A stretch of 20,073 bases of DNA from Pseudobdellovibrionaceae bacterium (GTDB taxonomy: Bacteria > Bdellovibrionota > Bdellovibrionia > Bdellovibrionales > Bdellovibrionaceae). Position 1 is the first letter of the stretch. Each line of letters starts with the position of its first letter. Below, in pieces: positions 16,901 through 20,073 of this stretch. The stretch covers positions 1 to 20,073 of the forward strand of contig JBGGMM010000098.1 of assembly GCA_041288045.1 (NCBI GenBank). The letters are read 5' to 3'. The notes beneath the pieces are model-generated. The model was not told the origin of the DNA and ran no database searches. It was given only the letters and a program-made list of their open reading frames with translations. Both the position numbers and the translations under genes were made by a program.

Positions 16901-17264
16901 AGGTTTTGCGGAAAGTTTCAAAGTCAATCGCTTGAATCTGACAAGCGGTGGGGGAACTCAAACTGGAATGCTGGAATTGAAGTTGGGGACTGAGCGACTA
17001 GTTGCTGCTCCTGAGAACATTTTGGCTTATGAGGCTTTAAGCGAAAGAGCTTTGGTGATCACTTTGGATCAAGTTGATAAAGCGCAGCTTCAGGCCGTTC
17101 TCAAAGCTCGAAGTGTGGATCCAAAAGCCCAAGCCCCTGCTGACGCTACGGCTGCGGTCAAATACGCCTATCAAATTCCCGTTCAGTACTTGACGGTCTA
17201 TCTTTCTGGGGGATTGAAGGAACCAGCTTTTTACGAAAACCTGGTCAACATTTTGCCAAACTAG
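13947..17264 (+). CDS. Large lipoprotein zinc metalloprotease (metzincin; EcxA/DUF4953-like)
   Basis: Lipobox LAAC, DPVTGEIISA, HEMGHNLGLRHNF (HExxHxxGxxH at 15654-15686), Met-turn SVMEY, LGKYDIAALRFGY and YCTDEH. SD AAGGGG, 13 nt downstream of the barrel gene. Confidence 0.9.
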   Translation: MKLKNFLLFSAAILVLAACTKELAYKEAGDKFEDKNRNLVDTEAEYLYTASTGSITRTSSSAIPFALDENRRVKLKWEKDGLYVRETERDSRYAGNDVNNKPVLVIPVDYVDYQCAKDSYGECTNKEEQRTDINWSERAQFKVKPEAAKFVGLSFLPFLEEALFPEMFRCHTEIASRVVDFRLEKDAINISIERIFQVAGHCLEISPDSSITGAATVTAVFHYSMLKLDSALSKDFKSVSYPDLDSQKFGFFTTERSPLGSDNIAHESGKKVIMNHWNPNRTEINYYLSDEFAKPENKLVKKLTYQTVENLNEGLAEAGVQFRIKLNDPDAKNPGDNRNSMIVLVEDPVASGLLGYGPQVEDPVTGEIISARTVMFLGTMKSAISRTYEGIREEKKRLRDSKAQEQIQTDNTANEQLKDGGLVIENGLKQRSQLTRFNTKKLKMLNSLKKKTSKVATDSKLNNGQIISKAKVAQLVKDIKNYKLRKNLDFNSGSHLSDLKQSHLAHFRYVHEVKGCSLSEKTEGFTSGLSEKITALIDDNAKPWHQLTESEKDAMINKLLPVMWIPTLIHEMGHNLGLRHNFQASEDKENFYSETELKERGLEYQMPFNSVMEYAEDTLALTKLGKYDIAALRFGYNREVEVKDEKTKGFSTIKIEDSLGQMVKNKTLKDEDLKPYGYCTDEHAGINAGCRRFDLGISMTEIVKNAIQTYEDEYRLVNFRRDRESFSLFGDYSHAQRQYGRFVSLRLMQEVVDRLIPILPLESPEWEQEPFLKDLKDASTLAGQFLMKVVATPDLHCVIASSQAPEQIMAVRPIGTISDRETNCFNLKLQEPYIVLGQFGKLFNSKKDPNSENNYADQIDVRGYWIDKLMATRALFNRSLDSSILDKELRTFADRSDIQPILQELMLAHMLGQLGGPQVVELAEGGTAEIDLPVDTFESQVIDKPMIKELAEALGIPNSPTNFNQLLAETAVKQMPSGPFSISGRGFAESFKVNRLNLTSGGGTQTGMLELKLGTERLVAAPENILAYEALSERALVITLDQVDKAQLQAVLKARSVDPKAQAPADATAAVKYAYQIPVQYLTVYLSGGLKEPAFYENLVNILPN

Positions 17265-17288
17265 GCATTCGATTCAATGATCTCTCTA

Positions 17289-17319
17289 AAAAAGGGCTCC
17301 TCAAACAGGAGCCCTTTTT
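17289..17319. terminator. Rho-independent terminator (potentially bidirectional)
   Basis: AAAAAGGGCTCCT-caaac-AGGAGCCCTTTTT is a perfect 13-bp inverted repeat, followed by further T's, 24 nt after the protease stop. Confidence 0.92.
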
Positions 17320-17401
17320 CTTTCAGTCATTTCGGCTCGACATCCTCCGGCTTGATCCTCTTGCCAATCTCGAGAAAGATGAATCCGTGAATGCTGAACT
17401 G

Positions 17402-18136
17402 ATGAAATCCCTTTTGATTTTTTCTGATGGTGCTTGTTCGGGGAATCCGGGGCCTGGGGGTTGGGGAGCTATTATTGCTTCTCCGCAGGGCGATGTTTTG
17501 GAAATTGGTGGACGGAAAGATCATACCACCAATAATGAGATGGAGCTCATGGCTGCCATTGAAGCTCTTAAGAAAGTTCGCAAGACGGCCTTGCCTGTTT
17601 TTTTCTACACCGATTCGACTTATGTCATTCGCGGCATCACGCAGTGGGTGTGGGGATGGATGAAGAGAGACTGGAAGACTGCCGAAGGAAATGATGTCTC
17701 CAATCAAGCACTGTGGAAAGAGCTCAGTCGGCTTTGTATGGATCGAAAGTCCACAGGACCCGTGCAATGGCTTTACTCTCGAGGGCATGTGGGCACTCCT
17801 GGAAATGAGCGATGTGATGAAATCGCAGTGGCATTCTCGCAGGGGAAATGGGTGGAGCTTTATCAAGGTCCTTTGCTTCAATACCCTGTGGCGATTTACG
17901 ACCTTCCCGAAGACAGCACTTTGCCAGAGATGAGACCCAAGCAAGAAAAGAAAGTCGCCTACTCTTATCTCAGCAACATTGGCGGAGTGATCTATCGGCA
18001 TCGCGATTGGGCTTCCTGTGAGAGGAGAGTCAAGGGTCAGTCGGGGGCCCAATTCAAAAAAGCGATGTCGGCCGATGAAGAGCCTTTGATTCTCAAGGGC
18101 TGGGGACTTTCCGAAAAAACTGATATCAAAGAGTGA
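17402..18136 (+). CDS. rnhA: Ribonuclease HI with C-terminal hybrid-binding (Cauli_VI/viroplasmin-like) domain
   Basis: FSDGACSGNPGPGGWG, TTNNEMEL, YTDSTYV, WKTAEGNDVSNQALW, GHVGTPGNERCD (all four acidic catalytic residues and the His). C-terminal WASCERRVKGQSGAQFKK. Alternative start GTG 17387. Confidence 0.93.
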   Translation: MKSLLIFSDGACSGNPGPGGWGAIIASPQGDVLEIGGRKDHTTNNEMELMAAIEALKKVRKTALPVFFYTDSTYVIRGITQWVWGWMKRDWKTAEGNDVSNQALWKELSRLCMDRKSTGPVQWLYSRGHVGTPGNERCDEIAVAFSQGKWVELYQGPLLQYPVAIYDLPEDSTLPEMRPKQEKKVAYSYLSNIGGVIYRHRDWASCERRVKGQSGAQFKKAMSADEEPLILKGWGLSEKTDIKE

Positions 18137-18145
18137 GGATTTAAA

Positions 18146-18922
18146 ATGGAAATCAAAGACAGTCATATTCTAATTACCGGAGCCAATCGTGGAATTGGCA
18201 AAGCTGTCGCTCAGATTTGTGCCGAGGATAAGGCCCACCTGCATCTCACAGTTCGCAAGGAAGAGCCGGGGCTTGAAAAGGAACTCATGGATTTGGGAGC
18301 AGCTTCGGTTCAAGTTCATCAACTGGATCTCAGTGACCGCAGTGCGATTGATGCTTTTTTGAAGAAGTACAAAAAAACGGACATCGATATTCTTTTTAAT
18401 AATGCCGGTCAGCTGACTGGGGGTTTGCTTGAGACTCAGTCAGTGGATGATATTTATCAAATGCTGCAAGTGAACGTGAATGCTTTGATTCATCTGACCC
18501 ATGGTTTTTTGCCGGCCATGTTGAAGCGTAAAAAAGGAAAGATCATCAATCACTCCAGCGCCGTGGCCCTGATGAATTTTCCGACAGCTTCAACCTATGC
18601 GGCCAGCAAAGCGGCGGTTTTGGCTTTCACCAATTCTTTGAAAGTCGAGCTGCGTGGAACTGGGGTCAGCACATTGGTTTTGGTCACGCCTGGAGTTGAA
18701 ACTCGAATGTTCAAAGAAATTCCGAAAATTTTTGGCAGCAAACTGGATTTAGGTTTTCTCAATTCGATCCCAGTGAAAAAGTACGCTCAAATGGTGCGCG
18801 AGGCGATTCTGGAGGATCTTGATGAGCTAAAACCTTCAGGACTGGCTGGTGCTGGATTTTTGGTGGCTCAGCATTTGCCGAAAGTCTTTGAGAATGTCGT
18901 GAACGCCAGGTTCAAGCGTTGA
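18146..18922 (+). CDS. Classical short-chain dehydrogenase/reductase
   Basis: ITGANRGIG, DLSD, NNAG, YAASK and PGVET motifs; GAGGA SD, 9 nt after rnhA. Confidence 0.93.
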   Translation: MEIKDSHILITGANRGIGKAVAQICAEDKAHLHLTVRKEEPGLEKELMDLGAASVQVHQLDLSDRSAIDAFLKKYKKTDIDILFNNAGQLTGGLLETQSVDDIYQMLQVNVNALIHLTHGFLPAMLKRKKGKIINHSSAVALMNFPTASTYAASKAAVLAFTNSLKVELRGTGVSTLVLVTPGVETRMFKEIPKIFGSKLDLGFLNSIPVKKYAQMVREAILEDLDELKPSGLAGAGFLVAQHLPKVFENVVNARFKR

Positions 18923-19546
18923 TCACTCGGCCGGCTTGAATTTCATGGTGGTGGATCCCACAGGACCCGTCACAGTCAAGCTGCTCTCCGTGTTTTCCAC
19001 CATGGAAATAGAAACCGGAAAAGTGACAACATAAGGAGTGCTGAATCGGTTGTGCTGCGGAAAAATCGACTGCACGTCAATCAAAACAGCTTTGATCTTT
19101 TCCACTTTGCCTTCATAGCGCCGGCCACCGGCATCCAAGAAAACCTTCCAGAGAGTTTTTGGTTTGTTCAGATCGTCATGTTTTCTTTCGGGTACAAAAA
19201 CACTGGCAAAAAATTTGGTTTCGCGACTGAGGCTGGTTTCTGTTTCACTTTTCGCTGCTAAATATTGATCCTGGGACCATTGATAGTAACGAGCTTTCAT
19301 GTCCAACTGTCCGCGGGAAACAGCAGTGTTCATCAGCGTCGTTGATATTTGAAGCGTTTGATAAAAGCCGTCATAAATTTTGCTAGTGACAGTGTAGCGC
19401 TCAACCAAGGCTGAATAATCGGAGGTCGTCATCAAATTTGGTAGATTGGGATTTTCCTGAGGAGTGACACATGAACTCAAGTTCATCACCCCAACAGTCA
19501 CCGCAAACCCAAATGCCACCTGCACAATCCAATTCTTCTTCATCAT
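18923..19546 (-). CDS. Hypothetical lipoprotein
   Basis: MMKKNW-hydrophobic-LSSC lipobox (Cys26); 207 aa; its stop directly abuts the SDR stop. Confidence 0.8.
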   Translation of the reverse strand: MMKKNWIVQVAFGFAVTVGVMNLSSCVTPQENPNLPNLMTTSDYSALVERYTVTSKIYDGFYQTLQISTTLMNTAVSRGQLDMKARYYQWSQDQYLAAKSETETSLSRETKFFASVFVPERKHDDLNKPKTLWKVFLDAGGRRYEGKVEKIKAVLIDVQSIFPQHNRFSTPYVVTFPVSISMVENTESSLTVTGPVGSTTMKFKPAE

Positions 19547-19662
19547 GTCATTTCATCATTCATCCTGAGCCCGAAACCGTCAAGCCAAACACACCCACCA
19601 AAGTCCAGCTTGAACCCAGGAGGCCCACCAAGACGGCCTTTTTCATAAAGCAAAAGCATTCA

Positions 19663-20073
19663 TCAAGAAAGAAATCGTTCCATTTTATTGGCCCCAAATG
19701 CTTGAATGGCAGCCCGCTGATTGCAAGACTTGCAAAGAAGTCTCAAATTGCTAGCGTCATCCGATCCACCCAGCGCTTTGGGCTGAATATGATCTATTTC
19801 CAGAGCATAAGTAGACTGACAGTTCTCACACTGATTCTTGGCTCTTTGAAACACCTCTCTTTTCACTTGAGCTTTGGACTTCAAATTGATGACGCGACGT
19901 TTTCTGAACGCTCGGGATGGATCATATTCCCGAAGCCCTAAATCACAGAGCTTCTCAAAAAGCTCACCTAAATTCATATTGGGATTAGAATGAGCCAAAT
20001 AGCCTTTCAGAGTTTCTATCTTATCTCTTAATCCTTCATTCGCTTGAAACTTCAACTCAATCATATCTTTTGC
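19663..20073 (-). CDS. HNH endonuclease domain protein, C-terminal part (5' end outside the window)
   Basis: CENC...LEIDHIQPKALGGSDDASNLRLLCKSCNQR is a Zn-binding HNH motif. The frame stays open upstream of ATG 20064 to the window edge (GCA AAA GAT ATG) and ends in a tandem TGA TGA. Confidence 0.88.
   Translation of the reverse strand, partial: AKDMIELKFQANEGLRDKIETLKGYLAHSNPNMNLGELFEKLCDLGLREYDPSRAFRKRRVINLKSKAQVKREVFQRAKNQCENCQSTYALEIDHIQPKALGGSDDASNLRLLCKSCNQRAAIQAFGANKMERFLS

Noticed and set aside
17327..18166. 279-aa minus-strand ORF
   Set aside because: It is entirely antisense to rnhA, with atypical composition and no motifs.
19621..19643. AGGCC-N9-GGCCT hairpin with T run
   Set aside because: Only a 5-bp stem, and the T tract is on the strand with no upstream gene.
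19543..19659. 38-aa ORF in frame after the HNH double stop, overlapping the lipoprotein start (ATGA)
   Set aside because: No SD or recognisable features, and the tandem TGA TGA argues against read-through. Probably chance.
1..20073. CRISPR arrays, tRNA/rRNA, IS elements, retron or defence loci
   Set aside because: No periodic repeats, RNA gene signatures, transposase, integrase or reverse transcriptase motifs were seen. The longest intergenic gap is 227 nt. AddB's Fe-S nuclease is not a stand-alone Cas4.

Overview
Chromosomal, gene-dense window that is most likely from a Bdellovibrionota (Bdellovibrio-like predator). This is inferred from gene content and protein style, not proven. From left to right it holds: the 5' part of a Hanks-type Ser/Thr kinase (minus strand, absent from the ORF track); coaE; a ~5.8 kb uncharacterised envelope cluster; addB-addA; a probable sigma54-driven pair of a ~12-stranded barrel and a 1105-aa lipoprotein metzincin, closed by a strong terminator; rnhA with a C-terminal hybrid-binding-like domain; an SDR; a lipoprotein; and the 3' part of an HNH endonuclease. 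The envelope cluster contains one small ~8-stranded beta-barrel, three paralogous FadL/PorV/TraF_2-like barrels and two acidic, Cys-rich helical lipoproteins sharing an AYxxRCxxxF motif. It is the best candidate for an undescribed system (1338-7147), and it carries a sigma28-like promoter, repeated TCTCA/TGAGA operator-like sites and a barrel with an atypical basic C-terminal tail. Several genes look leaderless. I found no rRNA, tRNA, CRISPR array or transposase. All family assignments come from motif recognition by eye; no searches were run.
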